DNA from: an uncultured Actinomycetes bacterium
GTDB lineage: Bacteria; Chloroflexota; Dormibacteria; Aeolococcales; Aeolococcaceae
Direction of reading: 5' to 3'
Assembly (NCBI GenBank): GCA_964499205.1
Contig: CAZCJX010000002.1
Span: 9,102-73,101 of the forward strand
Length of the DNA: 64,000 nt
The notes below the pieces were generated by a model, which was given only the letters and a program-made list of their open reading frames with translations, did no database searches and was not told where the DNA came from. Position numbers and translations under genes: made by a program. Below are positions 19,083-28,452 of this stretch, in pieces (the stretch's first letter is position 1; every line of letters begins with the position of its first letter).

Positions 19083-19787
19083 ATGCGCGACGCCGACAGT
19101 GAACCCGTTCCCCTCGTCCTCGGCGACGTGATGCTCGCGCTGGGCGACAGCATCGCCGCCGGGATCGGCGCGGGTCACGTCTCCGAGGGCTGCATGTGGC
19201 TGCTCGCCGACCGCCTGCGGCGGCTGCGGCCCGCGCTGGAGTTCCACCACCTCGCCGTGCCCAGCGAGAGCAGCGCCTCGATGCTGCACCCGGGCGGGCA
19301 GCTCGACCGCGCCGAGCAGGTGATCGCGGACGCCGCTGCTGCGGGAAGGGTCGTCGGCCCCGTCGCCATCAGCGTCGGCGGCAACGACATCATGGAGGCG
19401 GCGCTGATCGGCGACGACGAAGCGCTGCGCCAGCTGGAGGAGAACCTCGCCGTCATCCTGCGCCGGCTCGACGCGGCGCTGCGGGTCGGCGGCCAGTCGA
19501 TCGCCACGGCGGGCGCGGTGCAGACGGTCTACAACCCTTTCGAAGCGCTGCCCGCCGACGACGCCGACATGATGGCGCCGCGCCGCGCCTCGCGCAGCGG
19601 CTACAACGCGGTCATTCGCCGGGTCGCGCAGAACATGGGCGTGCGCGTCGTCGACGTGTCCTCGCTGTTCCGCGGCCGCACCTTGGAGCTCACCTGGGTG
19701 CGCACCGGTGACATCCATCCCACCGGCGAGGGACACGCGCTGATCGCCGCCGAATACCTGCGCGTCGGCGGCTGGGAGAACGGGTGA
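19083..19787 (+). CDS. SGNH/GDSL-family hydrolase
   Basis: In-frame ATG 19083 of tracked ORF 18831..19787. Block I is LALGDSIAAG, block III is SVGGND, and block V is the C-terminal DIHPTGEGH. Confidence 0.75.
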   Translation: MRDADSEPVPLVLGDVMLALGDSIAAGIGAGHVSEGCMWLLADRLRRLRPALEFHHLAVPSESSASMLHPGGQLDRAEQVIADAAAAGRVVGPVAISVGGNDIMEAALIGDDEALRQLEENLAVILRRLDAALRVGGQSIATAGAVQTVYNPFEALPADDADMMAPRRASRSGYNAVIRRVAQNMGVRVVDVSSLFRGRTLELTWVRTGDIHPTGEGHALIAAEYLRVGGWENG

Positions 19788-20140
19788 GCGACGCGGCAGC
19801 ACTGCCGCAGGTCGCGCCCGAACAGTTCTTCGCCGTCGACATCCGGGTCGGGCGGGTGGTGCGCTGCGAGCCGTTTCCCGAGGCGCGCACGCCGGCATAC
19901 AAGCTGCTCATCGACTTCGGCCCGCTGGGGATGCGGCGCTCCTCGGCGCGCATCGTCGACATGTACGCGCCCGCTGACGTGGAGGGGTCGCTGGTGGTGG
20001 CGGTGGTGAACTTCCCGCCGCGCCAGGTCGGGCCGGTGCGCAGCGAGGTGCTCGTGCTGGGGACGTACGTGCGCGGGTCGAACGTGGTCGGACTGCTGCG
20101 GCCCGACGGCGACGTGCAGCCGGGCGACCGCGTCGGCTGA
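19784..20140 (+). CDS. tRNA-binding domain protein (CsaA/EMAP-like)
   Basis: 118 aa. FFAVDIRVGRVV..E.FPEAR.PAYKL.IDFG..G.R.S.A and the ending VLVLG are typical of CsaA. Confidence 0.8.
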   Translation: MSDAAALPQVAPEQFFAVDIRVGRVVRCEPFPEARTPAYKLLIDFGPLGMRRSSARIVDMYAPADVEGSLVVAVVNFPPRQVGPVRSEVLVLGTYVRGSNVVGLLRPDGDVQPGDRVG

Positions 20141-20160
20141 ACGCGGGTGCAGGCGTGGGT

Positions 20161-21045
20161 TTAGCGCCGGCCGGCCACCGCTCCCTCCGGCGGCGTCACC
20201 GGTTGCAGCCCGGCTAGGGTGCGCAGCGTGTTGACGTTGTGCAGGTCGGGGCCGCGCTTCTCCAGGCCCGGCACCTCGAGGATCCAGGGCAGGTGCCGCA
20301 GCCGTTTGTCGTTGAGCAGCAGGGCGAATGCGTCCTCGCCGAGAAAGCCGTCGCCGATGTTGGCGTGGCGGTCGACGTTGCTCTGGAACTCGGCGCGCGA
20401 GTCGTTGGCGTGGATGGCGACGAGGCGGTCGAGGCCGATGGTTGCGTCGAAAGCCTGCAGCGACGCGTCGATGGCCTCGGCGGTGCGCAGGTCGTAGCCG
20501 TTGGCGAAGGCGTGCGCGGTGTCGAGGCAGACGAAGACGCGGTCGGAGCCGGCGGCCTCGACGATCCGCCCCACCTCGTCGAAGCTGCAGCCGACGCAGC
20601 CGCCCTGGCCGGCGCTGTTCTCGACGATCAACTTGGCGTTCGACTCGCTGCGCGCCAGCACCTCGTCGAGCGCGCGCCCCATCTGCTTCAGCATCGGCTC
20701 GAAGCCCGCGCCCTTGTGCGAGCCGGGATGGAAGATCACGCCGTCGGCGCCGATGCGCTCGGCCAGCTCCATGTAGAACACCAGCGAGCCGACCGACTGC
20801 TTGAGCAGGGTGCTGCTGGTGGTGGCCAGGTTGATCAGGTACACGGCGTGGAAGAAGTGGCCGCGCAGGTTGGCTGCGCTGGCCTTGTCGCGGTAGGCCT
20901 GCACCATCGCGTCGTCGACGGTGACGCGGCGCCAGGTCTGCGGCGGCGTGGGGTGCGTCTGGATCACCTCGGCGCCGATGGCGATCGCGTTGTCGACCGC
21001 CTTGTCGATGCCGCCGCGGGTGGAGACGTGGCCTCCGATGAGCAT
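20161..21045 (-). CDS. nfo: deoxyribonuclease IV (endonuclease IV, AP endonuclease family 2)
   Basis: MLIGGHVS.. start at ATG 21045. Contains the metal-ligand blocks HAVYLINLA, IFHPGSH, CLDTAHAF and HANDS. Confidence 0.85.
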   Translation of the reverse strand: MLIGGHVSTRGGIDKAVDNAIAIGAEVIQTHPTPPQTWRRVTVDDAMVQAYRDKASAANLRGHFFHAVYLINLATTSSTLLKQSVGSLVFYMELAERIGADGVIFHPGSHKGAGFEPMLKQMGRALDEVLARSESNAKLIVENSAGQGGCVGCSFDEVGRIVEAAGSDRVFVCLDTAHAFANGYDLRTAEAIDASLQAFDATIGLDRLVAIHANDSRAEFQSNVDRHANIGDGFLGEDAFALLLNDKRLRHLPWILEVPGLEKRGPDLHNVNTLRTLAGLQPVTPPEGAVAGRR

Positions 21046-21134
21046 CGCGCGACATTGTCGCAGCCGCTCCGGGGGCGGGCGCCGTACACTGCCCGCGCGA
21101 ACGCCTGTGCGTCCAAGGGAGGCATCGATCACCC

Positions 21135-22481
21135 GTGAGCCCCGACGAGCCCGAGCAGCCGGCCGGCGAGCCGAGCCTTCCGCCCCTGCCGGACAGGTCC
21201 ATGGAGCCGGGGATGCCGACGCCGGGGCCGGCCTGGCACCGGCAGCCGATGCGGCCGGAGGACCGGTCCGCTGAGCCCCCGGGGGAGGCGCCGGGCGCGG
21301 TGCCGTACGGCCAAACGCCGGCGGGGGAGCGTGCGGCCGAGCCGGGCGCAGCCGCTAGGGCGGGTGGCGCCGAGGCGGCTCCGCCGTCCGGCCCGCCGCC
21401 GGGGACCCTCGCGGCCGGCGAAACCCCTCCCGGCGGAGCCGGCCTGCACGGCGGCCACCTCGCCGCCGGCGTCTTCCTCTTCCTCGGCGGGATCTCGGTG
21501 CTCGGCGGCCTGCTCGCCCTGCTCTCCGCCGAGGGTGTCGGCTTCCCGGTCAACTCGATCGGCTGCGGCATCGCCTTCGCCGCCCTCTTCCTGCTCGCCG
21601 TCGGCCTGCGCGGCTCGACCCGGCTCGACCCCCTGCGCTCCACCTTCGGGGTCCTGGCCGTCCTCTTCCTCACCGCCTGCTTCGCCTTCGCCGTCGTCAC
21701 CGGCGACGGCGGCAGCCTGGCCGACCAGGGCCTGCGCATCAAGGCAGCCGGCGCGTCCGCGGTGACCACCGCCGGCATGCTCCTCGTCGCCGTGCTGGTG
21801 CCCTCGGCGGTGGCGGCCGGCTTCGCCGTGCTGGCCCTGCAGGCGGCGCTGGTCTTCTCGCTGCTGGCCGCGGGGATGGACTCGGCGAGCCAGCTGGGCG
21901 TGTCGGCCCTGGTCGCGGCGGTGGTCTCGCTGATCGTCGCGGTGCGGCTGCCGGCGCTGCGTCCCCATCGCCGGGCGCTGGCCTGGATGCTGAGCGTGGC
22001 GGCGCTGCTCGCCGCCGGCGACGCGCTGGGGCCGGCAATCGGCTTCAACGGCGCGGGCGTCGCGGCCAGCGGCGTGCTCGGGATGGCCCTGGCCCTGATC
22101 GCCTGGCGCTACCGCCTGGTGGTGCCGGCGATCGCTGCCGTGCCCGCGCTGGGGGTGCTCGAGGCGTACCTCGTCGACCAGGTGGCCAGCGGCACTGACG
22201 CCAACGGCCGGGCGGTGGCGATCCTGGTCATCGGCGTGGTGACGCTGCTGCTGGTGGGGCTGGTGGCCGCGGGTTTGCGGGGGCGTGCGCCGGCGGCGCG
22301 GCCGGGGCGGGCGTTCCTGCCCGAGGAGTTGTTGCTGGTCGCCGTGGTGGTGCTGGCGCTGATCTCGCTCGGTGAGACGACGCGTAGCCCGATCCCCTTC
22401 TTCGGCGGGTCGAGCGGCGGTACCTTCGGCGGCAGCTCGGTCGAACCGCCCACCCCGTTCCCGAGCCTGCCGCCGGGGTGA
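21135..22481 (+). CDS. uncharacterised polytopic membrane protein with ~110-aa Pro-rich N-terminus (paralog 1)
   Basis: 448 aa with strong GC3 and T-at-position-2 hydrophobic periodicity and about 10 predicted TM helices. No family recognised. Paralogous blocks are shared with 22537..23997. Confidence 0.6.
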   Translation: MSPDEPEQPAGEPSLPPLPDRSMEPGMPTPGPAWHRQPMRPEDRSAEPPGEAPGAVPYGQTPAGERAAEPGAAARAGGAEAAPPSGPPPGTLAAGETPPGGAGLHGGHLAAGVFLFLGGISVLGGLLALLSAEGVGFPVNSIGCGIAFAALFLLAVGLRGSTRLDPLRSTFGVLAVLFLTACFAFAVVTGDGGSLADQGLRIKAAGASAVTTAGMLLVAVLVPSAVAAGFAVLALQAALVFSLLAAGMDSASQLGVSALVAAVVSLIVAVRLPALRPHRRALAWMLSVAALLAAGDALGPAIGFNGAGVAASGVLGMALALIAWRYRLVVPAIAAVPALGVLEAYLVDQVASGTDANGRAVAILVIGVVTLLLVGLVAAGLRGRAPAARPGRAFLPEELLLVAVVVLALISLGETTRSPIPFFGGSSGGTFGGSSVEPPTPFPSLPPG

Positions 22482-22536
22482 TCTCCTGAGCCGTCCGCGA
22501 TCGAGTCGCGCGCAGTAGACTGCCGCGAACGGGTGT

Positions 22537-23997
22537 GTGTGCGCGCCCGAGGCAGCAGGCGAGGGTGAGAGAGTGAGCGAGCGCGACGACCTGCGGGCGG
22601 GGGAGGCGCTGCCCGGCGAGTCCCCGCCGGACCCCTTGCCCGAACCTCCCTCCCCGCCGCAGCCTCCCGTTCCCGTCGCGGCGCAACCGCCGGCGCTCCC
22701 GCCGTGGCTGCGCAGCCAGGACACCGGCCTCCCGCCTCCCGGCTCCCCCGGACGCGTCGACGCCACCCACCCCGCCCCGGCGGCGCCCGCGCCCGAGCCG
22801 TTCCTCCCATCTCCACCCACCCCGACCGCGGCGGGGCCCCTCCTCCCACCCCCGCCAACCACCACCGCGGCTGGCAACGAGCAAGCAGTCGCAACGGCGG
22901 CGAGCAACGAGCAAGCAGGCGCAACCGCGGCTGGCAACGAGCCATCGGTGGCAACGCCGCCGCGCCCCTTCGGCGCCGCCATGGCCACCGGCGTCCTGCT
23001 CACCCTGGCCGGCGGCTCGGTGGCGGCGGGCGGCATCCTCGGCCTCTGGCAGGCCGAGCAGCCCGGCTTCGCCGTCAAGGCGCTGATCTCCGGCGCCGTC
23101 GCGGTGGTGCTGCTCGTCGGCGCGGTGCTGATGCGCCTGGTGCGCGGCAGCGAAGACCTGCGCGGCCTGCTCGCCGTGGTCGGCATCGCCTTCGCCGCGG
23201 CCAGCCTCACCTTCGCCTACGACCCCGCCGACGCCGGAGATCACGACAACCTCGTCAAATTCGCGCTGGTCGCCGGAGTTGTGGCCGTGCTTGGCTGGTT
23301 CTGCTCGGTGGTGGTGCCGTCCGCCGTGGCCGGACTGCTCGCCGCCGTCGCGCTGCCGGCCGCCGCCGGCGCCGGCGTGTGGCTCGGCGTCGACGCGCCG
23401 ACGTGGGTCGAGGCCTACGTCGCCGCGCTCGGCACCGGGCTGGCTCTCGCCGCCGTCCTCCCCCGGGTCACCGCGCTGCGCCCGCATGCCACCGGCCTCG
23501 GTTGGACGCTGGCCGGCGCCGCCCTGGCCGTCGCCGTGCCCGCCGTCGCGCTGATGACGCGCGGCGACGCCGTGGCGCTCGCCGCGGGCGCGACCGCGAG
23601 CGCCGCGCTGCTGGCGCTGGCCGCCCGCCACCGCCACCTGCCAGCCGCCCTCGGCGCGCTGGCCGGCTTCGCCACCCTGGAGAGCGTGCTGATCAGCAGC
23701 TTCCTGGTGCAGTCGGGCGGCGGCGACGGGCAGGCGTCACGCCTGGTGGCCGTGGCCATCGCCGGCGCCGCGCTGCTCGTCCTCGTCGCCGCCGCCGTGC
23801 TGCTCGACGCGCGCGGTCGCCTCCCGCGGCCGAGCGCGCGTCTGGCCGCGAGCATCGCCGACGTCCTGCTCGTCGCCGCACTGGCGCTGGCCGTGGTGTC
23901 GATCTTCACCGGCCCCGGCGAGGTCCCCGTCAAGCCGACGCAGTACATCACCGTCGGCTCGACGGCGACCCACGCGCCGCCCGCCGCGCGCAGCTAG
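22537..23997 (+). CDS. uncharacterised polytopic membrane protein with ~150-aa Pro-rich N-terminus (paralog 2)
   Basis: 486 aa. Shared blocks with the upstream gene: VVPSAVAG vs LVPSAVAAG, TALRPHATGLGWTLA vs PALRPHRRALAWMLS, and RHRHLPAALGAL..LES vs RYRLVVPAIAAV..LEA. The start is uncertain (GTG 22537 or GTG 22573). Confidence 0.6.
   Translation: MCAPEAAGEGERVSERDDLRAGEALPGESPPDPLPEPPSPPQPPVPVAAQPPALPPWLRSQDTGLPPPGSPGRVDATHPAPAAPAPEPFLPSPPTPTAAGPLLPPPPTTTAAGNEQAVATAASNEQAGATAAGNEPSVATPPRPFGAAMATGVLLTLAGGSVAAGGILGLWQAEQPGFAVKALISGAVAVVLLVGAVLMRLVRGSEDLRGLLAVVGIAFAAASLTFAYDPADAGDHDNLVKFALVAGVVAVLGWFCSVVVPSAVAGLLAAVALPAAAGAGVWLGVDAPTWVEAYVAALGTGLALAAVLPRVTALRPHATGLGWTLAGAALAVAVPAVALMTRGDAVALAAGATASAALLALAARHRHLPAALGALAGFATLESVLISSFLVQSGGGDGQASRLVAVAIAGAALLVLVAAAVLLDARGRLPRPSARLAASIADVLLVAALALAVVSIFTGPGEVPVKPTQYITVGSTATHAPPAARS
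22867..22956 (+). repeat. 3 x 30-bp imperfect in-frame tandem repeat (AAGNEQAVAT / AASNEQAGAT / AAGNEPSVAT)
   Basis: Read directly. The units are 22867-22896, 22897-22926 and 22927-22956. They lie inside the Pro-rich N-terminal region of the paralog-2 gene. Confidence 0.8.
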
Positions 23998-24022
23998 AAC
24001 AGCGCGCCGGCAACCCTACGCG

Positions 24023-24925
24023 CTACTTCCCCCCGAGGAAGGGAATCCCGTAGCTCTCCAGCTGCTGCCCCACCGACGAGCTCCACACCTCGGCGATCGC
24101 GTCCGCGGTCCAGCCGCCGTCGCGATAGGCCATGCGGATCTCCTGGGGATGCGACCACAGTGAGAGCTTGTCGCCGCCCAGCCCGATGCACTGCCCGGTC
24201 ACGTCCTTGGCGGCGTCGGAGGCGAGGAACACCAGCAGCGGCGCCACGTCCTCGGGAAGGCCCATGCCCATGCCCTTGCGGATCATGTCGGGCAGCGGCT
24301 CACCGCGCTCGGCGGCCTCGACCAGCGGCCCCATGCCGGGGATCGAGGCGATCATCCGGGTGATCGCGTTGGGCACGATGGCGTTGACGGTGATGTTGAA
24401 CTTGGCCAGCTCCATCGCCCAGGTGCGCGCGTAGGCGGCGATGCCCGCCTTGGCGGCGGCGTAGTTGGTCTGCCCGAAGTTGCCGCGCTGGCCGGCGATC
24501 GACGACACCACCACGATGCGTCCGCCCTCGTTCTGCTCGCGCATGCGGATCGCCGCGGAGCGGGCGCAGGTGAAGGTGCCGCGCAGGTGGGTCTCGATGA
24601 CGGCGTCGAAGTCGTCGTCGGTCATCTTCCACAGCGTCTTGTCGCGGAGGATGCCGGCGTTGGTGCACATGATGTCGAGCCGGCCGAAGGCCTCGACGGC
24701 GCGGTTGACCAGGCGGTCCGCAGCCTCGCTGCTGCCCACGCCGACCACCTCGGCGACGGCGCGGCCGCCCGCCTTGGTGATGTCGTCGACAGTGCCCTGG
24801 GCGACGTCGCCGTCGATGTCGTTGATGACCACAGCCGCGCCGGCCTGCGCCAGCGCCTCGGCGTACGCACGCCCGATGCCGCGACCACTCCCGGTGACAA
24901 CGGCGACCTTTCCCTCGAGATTCAT
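24023..24925 (-). CDS. short-chain dehydrogenase/reductase (SDR) with C-terminal extension
   Basis: TGSGRGIG cofactor motif, NAG, and catalytic SS..YAAAKAG. Confidence 0.85.
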   Translation of the reverse strand: MNLEGKVAVVTGSGRGIGRAYAEALAQAGAAVVINDIDGDVAQGTVDDITKAGGRAVAEVVGVGSSEAADRLVNRAVEAFGRLDIMCTNAGILRDKTLWKMTDDDFDAVIETHLRGTFTCARSAAIRMREQNEGGRIVVVSSIAGQRGNFGQTNYAAAKAGIAAYARTWAMELAKFNITVNAIVPNAITRMIASIPGMGPLVEAAERGEPLPDMIRKGMGMGLPEDVAPLLVFLASDAAKDVTGQCIGLGGDKLSLWSHPQEIRMAYRDGGWTADAIAEVWSSSVGQQLESYGIPFLGGK

Positions 24926-25000
24926 CGTTCTACCTAACTCCCTGAAACGGGCATCGCGCCCAAACCCGCGAAAGTGTGCCGGAACCGCTCCTCGACCCGC

Positions 25001-25999
25001 TCAGCCCTGCAGCTGCGTGCCGGCGATGAGCACGACCAGGACGTAGGCCACCCAGGGGATGCCGTTGAGCGCCAGCCGCGTCCCGCGGGTGCGGCCGTCG
25101 TGGACCAGCAGCAGGGTGTAGAGCCCGGTGACCAGGGTCAGGCCGAGGTTGATCACTCCCAGCCGCCCCGGTGACCAGGTGGTGAAGGCCAGCCCCAGCG
25201 CGCCCAGCATGCAGGCCTGGAAGGTGACCGCGCCGGCGACGTTGCCGAAGGCCAGCCCGTCGCTGTGCGCGTGGATCCAGAGCACGCTGTTGAGCGTCTC
25301 GGGCAGCTCGGTGGCCAGGGGGACGAGCACCAGGGAGAGCAGCAGCGGCGAGATCTTCACCGCGTGCGCGAGGTCCTGCAGCGCGTGCACGAAGACCTCC
25401 GCGCCGCCCACCAGCATGGCGATGGCCAGCGCCAGCTGCAGGCTGATCACCCAGGGCTGCGGCAGGCCGGTCCGGTCCTCGTCCCAGCGCAGCAGGTGGA
25501 GCGGCTCGGGGAGCTCGTCGGTGGGAATCCCGCTGCGCAGCGTGGCCCGGACGTAGCGCGCGTAGAGCAGCACCAGCAGCACGGCGCAGATCGCTCGCGC
25601 CCACTGGGGCAGCACCACCGCGACCAGCAGGATCCAGAAGGCGCCGATGAAGCTGCCCAGGTCGCGCCGCACCTGCGCCGCCTCGACGTGCAGCCGGGTC
25701 TGGCTGCGCCGCACCGCCACGGCGAAGCCGGCCACCGCCATGCCCAGGGTGATGAGCAGGAACGGCGCCCCGATCACGGCGCCGACGGCCACCGCGTCGG
25801 CGGTGGGGCCGCGGCCGATCAGGGCGACCACGGGCACGGCCGTCTCGGGCAGGGCCGTGCCCAGGGCGGCGAGCAGCGAGCCGGTGGCGCCGCTGCCGAG
25901 GTGGAGGCGGTAGCCGGCCCACTCGATGGCGTTGGTGAACAGCTCCGAGCCGGCGACGATGAGCACCAGGCTCACCGCGAACTCCAGCCCCGTCGTCAT
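25001..25999 (-). CDS. Ca2+/cation antiporter (CaCA, YrbG-like sodium/calcium exchanger)
   Basis: 332 aa and about 10 TM. Two alpha-repeat signatures, GTALPETAV and LATELPETL. Its ATG overlaps the selB stop (ATGA). Confidence 0.8.
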   Translation of the reverse strand: MTTGLEFAVSLVLIVAGSELFTNAIEWAGYRLHLGSGATGSLLAALGTALPETAVPVVALIGRGPTADAVAVGAVIGAPFLLITLGMAVAGFAVAVRRSQTRLHVEAAQVRRDLGSFIGAFWILLVAVVLPQWARAICAVLLVLLYARYVRATLRSGIPTDELPEPLHLLRWDEDRTGLPQPWVISLQLALAIAMLVGGAEVFVHALQDLAHAVKISPLLLSLVLVPLATELPETLNSVLWIHAHSDGLAFGNVAGAVTFQACMLGALGLAFTTWSPGRLGVINLGLTLVTGLYTLLLVHDGRTRGTRLALNGIPWVAYVLVVLIAGTQLQG

Positions 26000-27885
26000 C
26001 GCGCTCCGCCCCCGGTCCGCTGGCGCAGCCGGCGCAGGTCGCCGTCGCGGACCGTGATGCGGGCGGCGTCGAGGTGCTCCAGCAGGGGAACGACCAGGCG
26101 GCGGGTCGCGCCGAGCACGTCGCGCAGCTCGGCGACGGTGGCGCCGTCGTGGCTGGCGAGGTGCTGGCTGACCGCCTGCTGCGCCCGCGCGTACGCCGCG
26201 GCACCCATCACCACGTCGGCGCTGAGCCGGACCACGCGGCGCTCGTCGATGAGCAGGCGCAGCAGCGGCGCGGTGAGGCCGGCGGCGCGCAGGTCGGCCA
26301 TGCCGGGCGGGTCATAAGGGCGGGCTTCGAGCAGGGCGACGACGGCGTCGGCGGCGGCGCGCGCGGTGTCGCTGACGGCGCGGCCGCGGCCGGGCAGGGC
26401 GAGCGCACCGTCGTGCTCCTCGACGGCACCCTCGGCGCGCAGGCGGCGCAGCGCCTCGGCGCCGATCGCGGCGGTGAGTCGCAGGCGCGAGCGCCACTCC
26501 TCGCGGGCCATGCCGGCGCGCAGCGGCTCGGCGTCGTGGTAGGCGGCGAGGACCCGCAGCGCCCGCTGGCGCAGCTCGGCCCAGCGCTCGCGGGCGATCC
26601 AGCGCTTCTCGCCGAACGGCATGACGCTGTCGCCGAGCTCGGCGACGGCCGCCTCGACCTGGCGGTGGCCGGCGCCGCTCAGGCGCACCAGGGTGGGCAG
26701 GTCGACGCCGAGGCGCTGCTTCCGCAGCTCTTCGAGCACCAACGCGGCCGCCTCGCCACCGGCGCGCCGCTGCAGCGCCTCGGCGACCGCGGGATCGCGC
26801 CGCCGGTGCCGCTTCGGCGCCACGTCGAGCACCACCCCGCCACCCACCGTGGCCGCCGGCGTGGCCCGGCGCAGCACGACGTGGTCGCCCGGTGCCGCGA
26901 CGACCGGCGCGTCGAGGTGGATCTGCGCGAACCCCTCCGCACCGGCTGGCAGTTCGCTGCCCTCCAGCAGCCAGACGCTGCCGGAGACCTCCTGGGTGCC
27001 GAGGTAGAGCATCACCGGGCCGCGGTGGCGCAGCGGCGCCGGCGAGTCGTCGAGCACGCGGACGCGGAGGTCGAGGCGGTTGGCCGGCACCAGGGTGCCC
27101 GGCAGCACCAGGGCCATGCCGTGGTGCAGGTCGGAGACCTCGACGCCGCCGAGGTTGACCGCGGTGCGCCGCCCCGGCTCGGCGCGCTGCACCTCGTCGC
27201 CGTGGTGCTGCAGGGTGCGCACCCGGGCGCGCAGGCCCGGCGGCAGCACCAGCACCTCGTCGCCGGTGTGCAGGCGGCCGCCCTCCAGGGTTCCGGTCAC
27301 GACCGGCCCGAACCCGGGCAGGGCGAAGGCGCGGTCGACGAACAGCCGGGGCCGGCCGCGGTCGGGTCGCGCGGGCACGCCCCGCAGCTCGCACTCCACG
27401 GTGCGTGCCAGCTCGTCCAACCCCTGGCGCGTCACCGCCGAGCAGGCGACGATCGGCGCGCCGCGCAGGGGCGATGCGGCGATCACCTCCTCGACCTCGG
27501 CGCGGGCCAGCTCCAGCATCTCGGCGTCGACCAGGTCGCACTTGCTCAGCGCCACCACCGCGCGCGAGGCGCCGAGCAGGCCGCAGATGGCCAGGTGCTC
27601 GCGGGTCTGCGGCATGACGCCCTCGTCGGCGGCGACCACCAGCAGCACCAGGTCGATGCCGTGCGCCCCGGCCAGCATGGTGCGGATGAAGCGGCGGTGC
27701 CCCGGCACGTCGACGACGCCGACGCGCTCGCCGCCGGGGAGCGTCCAGGCGGCGAAGCCCAGCTCGATGGTCATGCCCCGCCGCTTCTCCTCGGCGAGGC
27801 GGTCGGGGTCGGTCCCGGTCAGGGCGAGCACGAGGCTGGACTTGCCGTGGTCGACGTGGCCCGCGGTGCCGACGACGTGCTGCAC
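25996..27885 (-). CDS. selB: selenocysteine-specific translation elongation factor SelB
   Basis: GTPase motifs [13 protein letters not shown] and SKCD. EF-Tu-like domains II/III plus a long C-terminal winged-helix extension. GTG start. Confidence 0.9.
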   Translation of the reverse strand: MQHVVGTAGHVDHGKSSLVLALTGTDPDRLAEEKRRGMTIELGFAAWTLPGGERVGVVDVPGHRRFIRTMLAGAHGIDLVLLVVAADEGVMPQTREHLAICGLLGASRAVVALSKCDLVDAEMLELARAEVEEVIAASPLRGAPIVACSAVTRQGLDELARTVECELRGVPARPDRGRPRLFVDRAFALPGFGPVVTGTLEGGRLHTGDEVLVLPPGLRARVRTLQHHGDEVQRAEPGRRTAVNLGGVEVSDLHHGMALVLPGTLVPANRLDLRVRVLDDSPAPLRHRGPVMLYLGTQEVSGSVWLLEGSELPAGAEGFAQIHLDAPVVAAPGDHVVLRRATPAATVGGGVVLDVAPKRHRRRDPAVAEALQRRAGGEAAALVLEELRKQRLGVDLPTLVRLSGAGHRQVEAAVAELGDSVMPFGEKRWIARERWAELRQRALRVLAAYHDAEPLRAGMAREEWRSRLRLTAAIGAEALRRLRAEGAVEEHDGALALPGRGRAVSDTARAAADAVVALLEARPYDPPGMADLRAAGLTAPLLRLLIDERRVVRLSADVVMGAAAYARAQQAVSQHLASHDGATVAELRDVLGATRRLVVPLLEHLDAARITVRDGDLRRLRQRTGGGAR

Positions 27886-27933
27886 GACGGCCGACGGTAC
27901 ACGCGGAGAACACCGCCCCGCGACTCGCCCGGG

Positions 27934-28452
27934 CTAGCGGGGACGGCGCAGGGCGTCCACGATCACCGCCAGCCAGCGGGCGCCGAAGAAGAGGACGTGG
28001 CGCAGGCTGACGGGCTGGACCCGGTGCACCGGCGGCGCGCCGGCGGCGGCGGCGACCGCGTCGGCGACGCGCTGGTGGATCCAGGGGAAGGTGGTGTGGG
28101 GGAGGTGCCGCGGGTCGACGAAGCGCACGCGCAGCGCCTCGATGCTGCGCCGCCACTCGCCGCCGGTGATCTCGCCGATGTAGACGGCGTCGCTGGTGCG
28201 GCGCAGGCCGTCCCAGGTGTAGACGCCGGCCAGCCCGGTGACCCGGACGGTGTAGCCGGTCTCCTCCTCCGCCTCGCGGGCGGCGGCCAGGGCGGGGTCC
28301 TCGCCGGGGTCGCAGTGGCCGCCGGGCAGCTCCCAGCCGGGCGGCCAGGGGCGGAGCTGGACCAGCACCCGGCCGTCGCGGACCAGGGCGAGCTGAGCCC
28401 CGGTGATCGGCAGGAGGGCGCCGTCGACGGTGACGGTGGGGCGCTGCCTCAC
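27934..28452 (-). CDS. NUDIX hydrolase
   Basis: Nudix box [26 protein letters not shown] 28452 overlaps the selA stop (GTGA). In frame with tracked ORF 27934..29640. Confidence 0.8.
   Translation of the reverse strand: MRQRPTVTVDGALLPITGAQLALVRDGRVLVQLRPWPPGWELPGGHCDPGEDPALAAAREAEEETGYTVRVTGLAGVYTWDGLRRTSDAVYIGEITGGEWRRSIEALRVRFVDPRHLPHTTFPWIHQRVADAVAAAAGAPPVHRVQPVSLRHVLFFGARWLAVIVDALRRPR

Noticed and set aside
22867-22956. 30-bp tandem repeats considered as a CRISPR-like array.
   Set aside because: The units are contiguous with no spacers, in frame within a coding region, only three in number, and there are no cas genes in the window.
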